64,000 nt of DNA, from NCBI RefSeq assembly GCF_004010195.1, contig NC_057719.1, positions 63,921,196 to 63,985,195 of the forward strand. The letters are read 5' to 3'. Under the pieces are notes generated by a model, which worked only from the letters and a program-made list of their open reading frames with translations, ran no database searches and was not told where the DNA came from. The position numbers and the translations under genes were made by a program. Below are positions 11,949 through 24,171 of the stretch, one piece after another; the stretch's first letter is position 1; the number at the start of each line of letters is the position of its first letter. This stretch comes from Chiloscyllium plagiosum (lineage: Eukaryota).

Positions 11949-12313
11949 CAGACAGCAAGCAACATGAATTTGACTGGGACAACACTACCATTATAGGGCA
12001 AGCGAAACAAAGAACAGCCATGGAATTCCTAGAAGCTTGGCACTCATCCACAAACTCCATCAACAAACACATAGACCTGGACCCAATATATCGGCCACTG
12101 CAGCGGACAGCTGAAACTGACAACCGGAAGCGGCAGGGACAGGCCACTATAAATGCCGGAGGAAACACCACAGAAGCGCTTCACAGGAGGCTCCCAAGCA
12201 CTGAGGATGTCACCTAGACAGGGGACGAAACGTTTGCAACAAAAACTTCCAGCTCGGCGAACAGAACCACAGCAACAAGCACCCGAGCTACAAATCTTCT
12301 CACAAACTTTGAA
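11949..12313 (+). mobile_element. Penelope-like element 3' fragment (endonuclease C-terminus plus pLTR), young
   Basis: Translates HEFDWDNTTIIGQAKQRTAMEFLEAWHSSTNSINKHIDLDPIY; CpG-rich; followed by a hammerhead; homologous to 30455-30915. Confidence 0.85.
12198..12237 (+). ncRNA. Minimal hammerhead ribozyme motif, core intact
   Basis: GCA-CUGAGGA-U-GUCACCU-AGAC-AGGGGAC-GAAA-CG-UU-UGC: stem I GCA/UGC, stem II with one mismatch, both core boxes. Confidence 0.75.
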
Positions 12314-12434
12314 TTTAAAAAGTTAACTTGTCTAACTCATTCTGTACTTAATCCACAAAGTCAAATTATTTCATTACCAAACTAGTAATTTAAATAATAT
12401 CAATAACTTAGAATAGCCCAAATCATACATCTCA

Positions 12435-12532
12435 ACGGTGCAATGTACTTCTGCACCGGGAGGCTCAAGTTCAAGTCCCACCTGCTCCAGGGGTGTGAAA
12501 GAATACTTCTGAAAAAGGTTGATTAGAAAATA
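12435..12532 (+). mobile_element. Short tRNA-derived SINE remnant
   Basis: B-box-like agttcaagtccc and tail aggttgattagaaaata. Confidence 0.55.
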
Positions 12533-13469
12533 TGGTAAACCTGAGAACTTCACAAGCATCATCATCTCTGGCTGAGGATGTTAGTCACATTTATGAACTA
12601 TTTTGGACTAAGTAACAACCTATGCATGAGTATCCATCAGATGTTACCCACAGTGAAATGGCTCCTAGACAAATAAAAATACATTTACAAGTCTACATTT
12701 GTACAAAGTCCACTTTCAGCCCTTCCCTTTAAATTTTAGTTTCACTTAATCGTAACTTTCCAAGTCACCTGTTCCTATTTTGTTAATATGAAAGATCATA
12801 GCGATCTGCTTCACAATTTCTCAATTTATTGCTGAAATACTTACACCTCATGTTCTGGATGAGAATTAGCTGTCACACATTTCTATTTCAAGACGACCTA
12901 CTCCACATTCTTAGTAATTTAATCTCAGATGCTCGTCTCCATGACATGATGTGAACTTCAAAGCCACTTACAACATCTCTGATCCGCTAAAGGCATTTGT
13001 AATATTCCAAACTTCTCAAATTTTACATGAAAAAACTGAGTCTGGTCAGAAGTACTCCTGACAAAGCTCTGGGTCAATTCATTTGTAAATATATATTTAT
13101 TCGTGGGTATGGGAAACAAAGGCAAAGCCATCCTTTTGCTCATCCTTTATCTTGAGATGATGGCAGAGGGACACATCAAAGGCAATAATTGTCAAATTAA
13201 TAGTATATTTCATTATCTAACCAATCTGTTCAGAGACATTACTACACAACTTTGGAGCCGGCAGAACTTGGACCTGTGCCTCTTGGGTCCAAGAACAGAA
13301 CCACAGTAACTTTTTAAATTTTAACTATTTGAAAGTTAATTGCAAATTGACTGAGGAACACAAGCTTTTGTGGACAACAAAAATAGACAATGTAGACAAA
13401 TATCTGAATAAGTGGGATTGGGATGTTTTTGAATTACATGTTCAACTCTACTCATTGTTTGAAACAATG

Positions 13470-13630
13470 ATTATCAGGCAAATTGGAGTTATTTAAATGT
13501 ATTGGACAGGCAAGTAAAGGAAATAAACTTGCAAAGTGACAAAGACCAGCAGCATAGCATTGAACTAGATTGTTCTACAAAGAGCTGGCATCGGCTCAGT
13601 GGACCCAGTGGTCGCCGCCTCTGCCACTGT
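13470..13630 (+). mobile_element. Old CR1 3' end remnant
   Basis: atttaaatgtattggacaggcaagtaaagg...aaagagctggcatcggctcagtggaccc resembles CR1 3' UTRs elsewhere in the window. Confidence 0.45.
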
Positions 13631-14825
13631 CTCTGCAGCTGTGGTATTGGACTTAATAAGGCCAGGCATTATGTAGAAAGTTGGGAAGGCGCATTTAAAC
13701 CCTGATGGTAATCTTGTAAATTTAAATATGTTCCAGACATGGTATGGCAGTATTAAATTGAAAATCCAAGCCTGGCCAATGAATACTGGGAGCAGAGTTA
13801 TTTAATCTTTGCAGCAGTAAAATATTTTAGCAGCTGGAATTTTAACTTATCTTGAAATAATGAATTAGATGATGGCAAAGCCAATGAGTCCATTATTATT
13901 TAATGTAAGTAGTAGTGGTGTTAAAAGTGGTTTAAAAATACAAAAAATTGCAATCACTGTTGATAGTGAGAATTCAGCTGTAATAATGATCTTTTAACCA
14001 TTTTTGGTAAAGTACTGGTTGAGCTGTGCAATAGTTCCAGAAAAACAAAAGGTACAGTAAATAGTATGTCACCTGTGGAGTTTACACCTCTTGCACTATT
14101 TGGTCCCTGTGACTTTGCAATGTGACAAGTTCCCAGGCAAATCTCTGCCTATAATTTGCACTAGTCATGAAATTCATTTTTCATACTATTTTTCCTATTA
14201 TATGAGTATCTTTCAAAAAATATCCCATGTGATGTAAAGTAATATTTTTGTAAGTTGTTTACTGGCTTCATTTTGGGGTACATTTATGACCACATTCTCA
14301 GGTTTCTGGTGCATATCGATGTGAAATGGATCTAGACTTTTGGAAGTTAGATCCCAGTTAGTTCCAAAACATCCTAAAGCAAAAAGGTGCATAACTATGC
14401 TCGGGAGGAATTTAGGTTTACACACTTCAGTATTTGTTCAAAGATGCACCTGCTTGCCCTTTTTAAAATAGTCACTCCTGCCCTTTTAGTCCTAAGTTGG
14501 AGATTAGACATTTGGATAGGCAAATACAGAAATGATGCATCTCTGGTTAAAATGTGACCAGGACATCAGGCAGTTGGTAAAATAATTCCAATATGTGTAG
14601 CAATCCAGAGTCTGAGACTAGTTTAGTTGTAGCCTGATCTTTACCGATGGCCTTTGCATGATGCCACTCATTTCTTGCAAGTTATCTAGTTAGACCAACA
14701 ACTATCAGTTTTATAAATTTTGACCTCGTACACAGACAAATAACACTGGGAAATTATTTTCTATGCTCTTACATTCATCATGTTCTCCCCGTACACATAC
14801 TGGTAACAGAGCAAGAATATATGCT

Positions 14826-15652
14826 TAGAATCGAAGAGTATGGTGCTGGAAAAGCACAGCAGATCAGGCAGCATTCAATGAGCAGGAGAGTCGACGTTTT
14901 GGGCATAAGCCTTTCATCAAGAATGTGGAGGGGAAAGGGGCTGAGAGATAAATGGGGTGGGGCTGGGGGGAAAGATAGGTGGGAAGGCATTACGTGGATG
15001 CAGGTGGGAGCTAATTATGATAGTCGGTGGAACGGAGAGGTGAGAAGGAAGATGGACAGGTCCAAAGGGTGGTGCCAAGCTGAAGGAAAAATGCCTCCTA
15101 TTCCACCTTGGGACCCTCCAACCACACAGCATCAATATTGACGTCACCAGTTTCCAAATCTCCCCTCCACCCAACTCATCCCACATCCAACCCTCATACA
15201 GAACAACCTTGGTTATCCAAACATCAATTATCCAAGCAAGATCTCAAGGTTCCATAAATGCATCCTTTATGATCAGATCGGTTATCTGAACAAAATACTC
15301 ACCACCCATCTCATTCGGATAATCGAAGTTGTTCTGTACTCTGTACTGCCCTTTTGACCTGTCCTACCTCTTCATCTTCCTTCCCACCTGTCCGCTGCAC
15401 CGTCCCACTGACCTATCGCAATTATCTCCCACCTGCATCCACTTGGCGCCCTCCCACCCACCTTTTCCCCAGCCCCAGCCCCAGTCCCATCACCCCATTT
15501 ATCTCTCAGCCCCCTTCTCTCTCCACATTCCTGACAAAGGGTTTATGCCCAAAATGTCGACACTCCTGCACCTCAGATGTTGCCTAACTTGCTGTGCTTT
15601 TCAGGTGCCACACTTTTCGACTGACTCTCCACCTACAGTCCTCAATTTCTCT
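14826..15652. mobile_element. Penelope-like element with inverted 5' segment (minus 14826-~15085, plus ~15086-15652)
   Basis: 14829-15070 is the reverse complement of ~15350-15625 (ggggctgagagataaatggggtg / caccccatttatctctcagcccc); each arm has a decayed hammerhead. Confidence 0.85.
15199..15336. mobile_element. Tc1/mariner-pogo (Tigger-like) MITE inserted in the Penelope remnant
   Basis: TA|cagaacaacctt ... cgaagttgttctg|TA: terminal inverted repeats and TA duplication; related copy at 20741-20878. Confidence 0.8.
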
Positions 15653-15825
15653 AAGGATATATATGCTTGTAAAGTCAGTCCTGATATAAAGCAATAGTTC
15701 CATTCTTGTGCTATCGTGTGTTATAAGAAAATCTCTCAATAGCTGCACCATTTAAATTAATGAGGCCAGAATCGTGTTATAGCCAATAGAGGTAAGGAAA
15801 GTTAGCATTTGACTTAGCCATAGCT

Positions 15826-16363
15826 TCAGTACCCAGTCATGAGAATCTGATGGCCTCTTCCTTGTTTCATAAATGATCTTAGGCTTTCTAAGTTTCTTAC
15901 AACCCCTTTTAACCTAACCAAATAATTCTGATCTGGAAAGTTTAAACTAAATGCCTTATGCTGAGATACCTCTTTCTTAGTTAAACTGCCTACTTTTTTT
16001 TTTGGAAATAACATTTCACTCACCCAGCTTCAGCCAAGACTGTGTAAACTGTCTAGCAGAAACCCAAAAGATTTAATTTCAAGTTATGGGGTTTTCCCCT
16101 GTCTAAAAAAACAATTCCAGAATCTGAGACTGAAAGTCCATTGTGCTACTCTGTTCACTTGTAAACCTTCCCAACGTAAATGAAACTCCATTGATCTTCA
16201 GCAAGTCTCTCTGATACTGAGTTTTAAGCAAAATCATCTTGGCTACAGAAATACTTATGATAATCATTAAACCCCTTCAGACGCAGTGAAGTCAACATAC
16301 CACTTGTTCAAAATCCAAACTCTAAATAAATGAAATATATATAAATCCCACATTTAATATCAC
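15826..16363 (-). mobile_element. Possible solo-LTR remnant
   Basis: Ends atatcaca (minus strand starts TGTGAT); composition resembles 29619-30223; no TSD found. Confidence 0.25.
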
Positions 16364-16499
16364 AAGCAATAGTAGTTCTTTGATTGGTTTTGATATAGTT
16401 GCTTTTGCATACTCCATTATTCTTGTGCAATAAAAATATGTAAGTAGGAGGGCTTGATCTTGGGATACTTCTTGTTATTCATTTGGATTGTTCCAATTT

Positions 16500-16790
16500 G
16501 TCACGTGAAAATTTCCAGAAGGCATTTGCCAAAGATCGCATATGAAGCTTGTGCAAAGTAGGAGCTCGTGCTGGTTTGGATAATACATTAGCCTGGATAG
16601 AAGACTGGCTGGCAGAAAACAGAATATGCAAAATCAGTCTTTTTTCCCTTTTTGTCAGGCTGTGACATGTACAGTCCTGTAGGGGTCTGTGCTGGGGTTT
16701 CAAATTTGTGCAATTTCCATCAAATTTTGTGCTACCTGCAAATTTAGCAACTGTCTTTGCTCCCCTTATCTACATCATTGATGTGACAAC
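16500..16790. mobile_element. CR1 RT fragments in both orientations
   Basis: ttccagaaggcatttg...gcctggatagaagactggctggcag...ggggtctgtgctgggg (plus) then gtgctacctgcaaatttagcaac (minus, KFA motif). Confidence 0.6.
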
Positions 16791-16834
16791 TTGGGCTAGG
16801 AAGGTGGAAAGCCTCACTAATTTTTAAATATAAA

Positions 16835-17134
16835 TGCAGCTGCCAATTTTTGATCAACAAATTCCCACAAACAGCAAGTAAACGCAACTGTGTAATTTTT
16901 TTGCCTTGATTGACAGTACTAGGAATAACTCCATTGTCCTCAGTGTCATGGGGTCCTACACATCCACTCGGGCAGATGAAGCCTCGTTTAACATCTCATC
17001 TGAAAGGTGGCACCTCTGTGGTAGTTCTACATCGTACTTCATCAAAGTGTGTGTGTTTGTCTCTAGAGAGAGACTTGAGCATGGATCCTTGACATTCAGC
17101 AGTTAATGTGCTAGTAACTGAGCCAAAGCTAACA
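16835..17134 (-). mobile_element. Deu-domain SINE (SacSINE1/AmnSINE1-like), old
   Basis: Minus strand: tggctcagttactagcac head and gaggtgccacctttcagatgagatgttaaacgaggc, matching the recalled Deu core GGAGGTGCCGTCTTTCGGATGAGACG. Confidence 0.7.
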
Positions 17135-18134
17135 TGATTGACACGAATTCCAAATAAGAATTTATCAAATCCTGAAACGCTTCTATCCACTACTTCAGTT
17201 GCTTCCACTATGTAGTGAATCTATGATTTAGCTTAAAGTTAGTGAGAAGTGAGTAATATTGCCAATTTATTATGCTTATTTTGATTAATATCTTAAATGC
17301 CTTTTTGGCAAGGCAGTCTGTCAATCCTTGCTAATGATTGCTTTACAATTGAAGGTATTTAATTAAACTTCTAAGTATGAATAATGATTATCACAACCTT
17401 GTAAGGATTGTCTTTGTCTTAATCCAGTGTTGTTAAAGTCCTAGAGGTTCAATTGTGAAAGATAATTTGAGACTTCTGGTATCATCTGATTTTAAAAATA
17501 GATTAGGGTGGAATTTTCTGCTGATGATTTCATACAATCCAACCTGTTGAATCATAATTTGTAGAGATGATATGACACTTAAAAGCATATTAACCTGTTT
17601 GTGAATGTTAATAATCTTAATGATGGTTCAGAATGGAAATTTGAATTTTCAGTTTTTCTTATGTAGCGATATTTGATGTGGCCACATGTTTGTTGAAACC
17701 AAATTGCAGTTATTATACTTGATGTACTCCTTTTGATGTCCAAATTATTGCTTGTTATGTGAAGCATGCATCATTATGTCATGTGAAGAAGGAGATCTCT
17801 TTGTGAGGACAAAGCTTGCACAATAAATAGTTCCTTTTTACAAGATTTACATTTTTTTCTGTTGTTAAAGGAAAATATAAAATAATTATGCTTCATTCTC
17901 CAAGAATAATCATCTTCACCCTGCAAGTGCAACAGAAGTAGGATGATTCCTGTTGTTATCCTTGAATTGCTGTTGTTCCTATGATGTAGCACTCCCAACT
18001 TGTCAATTGTTTATCCCAAACTTGCAAATGGGTCCCCACAGTATAGGAACAAAAGTAAAAAAAATTCTTGTCAGTTTATGGCCATTTTCTTAGGTGGTGT
18101 TGTGTTGGCTGAAATAGTAAGAGTTGAATATATA

Positions 18135-18455
18135 ATCTGGGCTGACCCTTCACGCCATTACTGAGGGACTACTTCATTGTTTAGAACATGATCATCTGCA
18201 TGAGATACCAATTGAAGACCATATCTGATTGTTCAGACACAATTAAAATTCCTCTGGACTCTTCTGCAGAAGATCAAGGAGCCTTTCTGCTATCCTGAAC
18301 AACCCTCATCCCCTTAATCAACACCACAAACAGATTAATTGCCCATTAATCTCATTGATTGTGATCAAATTGTTCATTACATTTTTCAAAGCAATAATGA
18401 CCAGGTTTGAAAAGTGAAATGCTTTGTGAAAACCTGAGGCTGTAAAAAAAAGTTA
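18135..18455 (+). mobile_element. Deu-domain SINE remnant
   Basis: ggctgacccttcacgccattactgagggact...atccccttaatcaacaccacaaacagattaatt...gctttgtgaaaacctgagg, colinear with the other Deu-SINE copies. Confidence 0.55.
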
Positions 18456-19619
18456 AATGAAAATGTTTATTTAAGGGTTTACTGTGTTACATCTCCTCTA
18501 TCCAAAATTACTCTTCTCGTTCTGTTGAGTTGAAATGGTTGAAGGGCCAAGAGGATTGTCCCTTTTAGTTACAGATTAGGGATTCATGACAATACCACTG
18601 GGAAAGCTTCCTGCCTTCATAGATCAAAGAGAACCGTAACCCACAAGTGCACATACAATTTGTCAAATGTTGATGCCCTGTAGTATGACAACTGATTACA
18701 TTTTTTTTTTAAAAATAGAGCTGCCAGTTGTAGGACAGTGACACCATTTGTAGTCTTGAAACACATTTTAGCTCCAAGAATTTGGACAGGCAATATTTCA
18801 GCTTTGACATTAGATTTTCCACATTATACTTGGATTTCCCACTTCCATTAAGTTTTTTTTGTGCTTAATTATTTTAGAATGTGTACAGTAGTGATGCGCT
18901 CACAAGTTGTTCATACCCAGTAGAACCAAGGGGTTTGTTGGGCTATTCCAAAGAGCATTACACTGCAGTCATGTTCGTGAATAGAGTCAGAGTAGGAGGT
19001 TCTATTTCCTGAAAGAATGTTATTTGGATTTGGATAATTGGGCTGTTTTCATAGTAATTTTTCTGATGTAAGCCAGAAGTTCACCTGCTTTATTGAATTT
19101 GGCTAACAACTTGACATGGGATTTGAACATGGTTCCTGGTCCATAGACATTAGTGTACTTGATTCCTGTATCACGAGCATTATCTTTAAAGATGTAAACA
19201 TGCCAAAATTGTTGTTCTCTGTTTTAATGTTGTTACTTTTTAATGCTTAGTTCTTACTATAAAACTGATTCATATCTTTCTACAGAATAGCACTGGAAGT
19301 AGCATTGGAAGTAGCAAGTATATTGTTTGTACATGTCATACTTTTGATCTAAGCAGTCAATTTCAAAGTCAAACTTTGAGTTTTTTTTAATATTGCCAAA
19401 AAAAGTATGCATAAGTGCATCAGACTCCATATGAGCCATCTAAAATCTGTAAATTTATACTTGCTTAGCCTGGTAAGATCTCTGAAAAACTGAATTAAAT
19501 TTTCACAGGCACTTGTTTGATATTGAATGTCTGCCCCAATTATTCCATTGTGTATGGAAGGAACCTTGCACTGTAAAGATTATATAAACCATATAAAAGG
19601 ATGAAAATGATGTCACAAA

Positions 19620-20385
19620 GATAGGAATGTATGCTGTAAAGAAGGACATACAAAGTTTGCAGATGAATATAGCGGGCAGTTTTTAAACTGTATTTTGTAA
19701 GCCAAGAGCAACTGGAATTCCAAGATGCAGAGACCCGAGAGTCCCAATGCACGAGCCTCAAAATGTTGATACATAGGTACAGAAAGAAATGAAGGCAAAT
19801 CAAATGCTATTCTTTGTGATAAGGGGAATTGAATGTAAAGGTAAGAATTCAGTTATACGGGTTATTAGTGTGACCGTATCTGGAGTACTATATATCGTTT
19901 TGGTCTTATCATTTAAGGAAAGATATAATTGTGTTGGAAACAATTCGGAGCAGGGTTACTACATTGATATGTGGAATGAGCAGGTCGTCTTGAGAGAAGG
20001 TTGGACAGACTCTGCTTCACTGGAGTTTAATTGATAAGTGAAGTTCCTGACTGATTTTGACAAGATAGATGTGAAAAGGATGTTTACTCAGAATTAGGGG
20101 CAGTATTTAAAAATTAGGGATCTTCCTTATGGAAAGAAATTAGGACTTTTTTTTCCCCCCAGAGCGTTGTGCGACATTGGCACTGCCTCAAAGGAAGATG
20201 AAGGCAAGATAATTGAAACTTTTGTTTGCAGCAGAGATAATTCTCTTGCGCAAAAAGAATCTCAAGTCGTCAGGGGAGATGTGAATGTGGAATTTTGAAG
20301 TGAAGCAGATCAGCTATGATCTTATAAATGGCAGAGGAGGCTTGATAGGCTGAATGGTTACTATTGCACCAAGCTCATATCATGC
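19620..20385 (+). mobile_element. Old CR1 3' fragment
   Basis: ORF 19789 KANQMLFFVIRGIECK; gaccgtatctggagtac; CR1-like 3' UTR. Confidence 0.75.
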
Positions 20386-20740
20386 TAATAATGGAGTGTG
20401 TATTACTACTGCTGTTCATTGATATGCCACGAATATTGATCTGACTTAACACAAGTACAAATATTGCCTTTTATTTAATTTTTAAATGCTTTTTTGGGAG
20501 GGAATGAAACACTAACCTTGCTCAAAAATGTAACTTAACTCAACTTCCACCATATGCCATGTGGACCTTAAGGAGTAGGCTATTGGAGGAAAATGTTAAC
20601 TTCCAAATAACTTCAGTGTCAAGAATTCCAAAATTTCAAAACATTTAGAATTTGTCATACTAATTAATTTCCATTCAGTGGGAGTGACATTTAAGAAGAA
20701 AAGTTAACTAACCACACCAGCGTGTCTGTAATGTGGAAGA

Positions 20741-20878
20741 AACATCAGTTATCCAAACAAGATCTTAAGGTCCTGCTGCATGGATAAGCTGTTATCTGAA
20801 CATCCAATTATCCGATCATTCTATTATCCGAACAAAATACTCCCCGCCTGTGTCATTCGGATAATCGAGGTTGCTCTG
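20741..20878. mobile_element. Partial Tigger-like MITE, family of 15199-15336
   Basis: Shares gaacaaaatactc...tcattcggataatcgaggttgctctg; left TIR missing. Confidence 0.7.
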
Positions 20879-22368
20879 CATACTGATTTATATATTATCA
20901 CTATATAAGCAGCCATTGTTAATACTAACGTGGAAAAATTGGAAACAGTATTTTTGTTTTTGCTTTTTTTATTTTTGTTCTCCCCTATTAATTGAGAAAA
21001 ACAATATTAATCCGTGCAGGTAGTCCTAGAGTGAAGGTAATTGAAATTATAAGTTCAAGACTTGCTTAGTACTTCAATTATGTAGAAATTCTTGAGGACT
21101 GATTTTTTTTTTAAATTAAATCTCCTGTTGGGATGTGTCTGGAAGTTAGAGGCAGACTTAATTATCAGGTCTTTGCCTGAATGCCATTGGTCTGCTCTTG
21201 GCTGTTTTCAGCCATATGAAACAGCTGGCTTTTTGGGAATAATGAAGTGTGTCTGTCTGTCCATCCGTCTTTACTGAAGGCCAATAAAGTTGATTGGGGT
21301 GTGCAGTTGGTGTAGATGAGTGGGGAATTGAAAGACTGAGAAGTTGGCTTATCTTTTGGCTGCACTTTTTCTCTCTGTAATTTTGCAGGCTTTGCTTGAT
21401 AGTACGCCAGCAGCAAACACTCAACTCAGGAGTGAGTCAAAATTCTTTTGAGGTCTTGTATCATGGCAGCCTAGCTTATATTTATTAGTGAGATTACAGA
21501 TAGAGTCTGATGGCACTCTCAACCAGTACTGTTTAAATAGCAAACAGAACAGAAATAAATTTGTCGTTCTAACTACTTGGTTCCTTTTCTGTGATCAGAC
21601 AAAGTTAAAATTGCTTAGTTGTTTTGGATGATTGATTTGAAGTGAGCCATAAATTCAGTAGATTATAGTTGACCTAACCTCTTCAGGAATGTTCTTCAAC
21701 ATGGTCCTATATGTAACTGAATACAGCCTGTGTGTCTTGCTAATTTATACAAACAAGGGCTAGTGTTTTTTTTTCTCTTTGCCTATTAGTTAAGGACTGT
21801 TTTCTTTGAATTGAATTGAAGCGAAGGTCCAGGGATTTGTTTTTTTTCCTCTCTAACATTTTAAGGCGAGGACCATTTTTGTGCTTTTCTTAAGAATAAA
21901 GGTGGACAGTACAAAGCACTGTGTTCCTGACTCAATATAGGTGATGTATTTACACAACATGGAATGTACGTATTTTACATTCTTGTATGAATGCTGCTGA
22001 GGTCAGTAGAATGACATTGCATCATCATGTGATGCAACTTGTCAGAACTCGTGCATTGTTGGTATCGCTCACACTTATTATTTTTGAGGTGATACTAATA
22101 TTATTTTTTAATATAAATAATCTCTGCTAATGGTTCTGAACAGGTTAATGTCCATTCCACATTGGGTCCACGTAATTACTGATGATACATACCTCCCAAG
22201 GGTGAAGATGAAGTATTCTATTCCAGGCATGTGGACGGAGAAAATGTATCTGTACCAACTCCCTAAGGACCTAGAAATTATACCTGACCTGACCTGACCT
22301 GACCATGTTAGGGTTGGGGACCAAGTGTCGTATGTCAAAGTTTGCAGATAGCAGTAAGATAAATTCAA

Positions 22369-23148
22369 ATTGTGCAGAGGACATTGAAAGTATGCAGAGG
22401 GATATAAATAGTTTGTGCATGGGCAAGGATCTGGCAGGTGAAGTACAATGTTGGTAAATGGAAGGACTATTACTTAAATGATGAAAAATTGTAGCATGCT
22501 GCTGTGCACTGGGATCTGGGAGTCCTTATGCATGAATCATAAAAAGTTAGTTTGCAGGTGCAAACTACATCGCTAGTGGGATGGAGTTTAAAAACAGGGG
22601 CATTATACTACAACTGTATAGGGTGCTGGTGAGGCCACACCTGGAGTACTGTGTACAGTTTTGGTCTCCTTACCTGAGAAAGGATGTACTGACGCTGGAG
22701 GGAGTGCAGGAGAGGTTCACTAGATTAATTCTGGTGTTGAGAGGGTTAGCTTATGAGGAGAGATTGAATAGACTGGAAATATCTTCATTGGAATTTAGAA
22801 GAACAGGGAGACATCTTATGGAATCCTGTAAAATTATGAAAGGAATAGATGAGGTAGAAGCAGGGAGGTTGTTTCCACTGGCAGATGAAACTAGAACTAG
22901 GGGGCATAGCATCAAAATAAGGAGGAATAAATTTAGGACCCAGTTGAGGAGGAACATCATCACCCAAAGGGTTGCAAATCTGTGGAATTCCATGCCCATT
23001 GAAGTGGTTAAGGTTACCTCACTAAATGTTTTTAAGCTAGGGTAGATCTTTTAACAGTAAAGGAATTAGGGGTTATGGTGAGCAAGTGGGTAAGTGGAGC
23101 TTAGGCCACGCCAGATGACCTACTTCTGTTCCTATGTCTTATGTTCTC
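22369..23148 (+). mobile_element. CR1 3' fragment
   Basis: ORF 22581-23045 [24 protein letters not shown]...TRGHSIKI...QRVANLWNSMP; tail cctatgtcttatgttctcatg. Confidence 0.92.
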
Positions 23149-23583
23149 ATGTAAATCTATATGTACTTAGCTATCTTTTCTAAGCAGATATGTACTAAGC
23201 CTTCTTATCTTGGAACTGTGCCTCATCTGCAGATATTATGCAGTTGCACATTCTCCACCATTAATTATTAGGCAGCCCCAATGCAAAGCACAGGCAGTGG
23301 AAGATTGGTAGCAGTGAACTACCTTGAACAACCCTTACCCAGTACCATGTCCTCGTAGAATGTCTAGAGACTTGGATCTGGAATTGGTTATATGAAAGAG
23401 AGAAATAAAAAAACAGGATGGTTTGCATTTAGAAACCAAAACATAGTGTGGACCAAAACATGCACCCTGTAGCAGAATGAAAAGGTAGGGAGAGTAAGCT
23501 TGAAAGCTTAAATTCTTTTAAAGGAGATTTCTGCACCCTTAGGCCAGTGAAATTAGAGTCAGGACAGAAGTGTCAGAGAAGTT

Positions 23584-23897
23584 GGGCGGCACGGTGGCAC
23601 AGTGGTTAGCACTGCTGCCTCACAGCGCCTGAGACCCGGGTTCAATTCCCGCCTCAGGCGACTGACTGTGTGGAGTTTGCACGTTCTCCCTGTGCCTGCG
23701 TGGGTTTCCTCCGGGTGCTCCGGTTTCCTCCCACAGTCCAAAGATGTGCAGGTCAGGTGAATTGGCCATGCTAAATTGCCCGTAGTATTAGGTTAGGGGT
23801 AAATGTAGGGGTATGGATGGGTTGCGCTTCGGCAGGTCGGTGTTGACTGGTTGGGCCGAAGGGCCTGTTTCCACACTGTAATGTAATCAAAAAAAAA
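23584..23897 (+). mobile_element. Full-length young HE1-type V-SINE
   Basis: tRNA head (A box tggcacagtgg, B box ggttcaattcc), V domain gtgggtttcctccgggtgctccggtttcctcccacagtccaaagatgtgc, CR1-like tail gggccgaagggcctgtttccacactgta, A tail; aagtt on both flanks. Confidence 0.95.
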
Positions 23898-23994
23898 GTT
23901 CAAATTCTGTCAGTTTCTTTTCCCTTCCCAAATTGTTGGTGACATCCTAGAGACTATTGCATTGCTGAAGGAATAAGATTCCTTTATAGATCCT

Positions 23995-24097
23995 CTGACA
24001 CAGTTGATTGCATTCTTGCTCTGAGTCACAAGCTCTGGGTTCGAATCCCACACCAGAGAAGGTATACACATCACAGCCAAACATGTTGATTATCAAC
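23995..24097 (+). mobile_element. Short tRNA-derived SINE
   Basis: Perfect B box ggttcgaatcc at 24038-24048; tail acatgttgattatcaac related to 12435-12532. Confidence 0.55.
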
Positions 24098-24171
24098 TGC
24101 AAATTCCTCCAACACACCTCCGATGATAGGTGGTAATAGCAGGAGAAAATGGTGGTCCAGCATGTGATTGA

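Noticed and set aside
23584..23655. tRNA gene (also 23995-24055, 42022-42095)
   Set aside because: A/B boxes continue into SINE bodies; these are SINE heads with no full cloverleaf.
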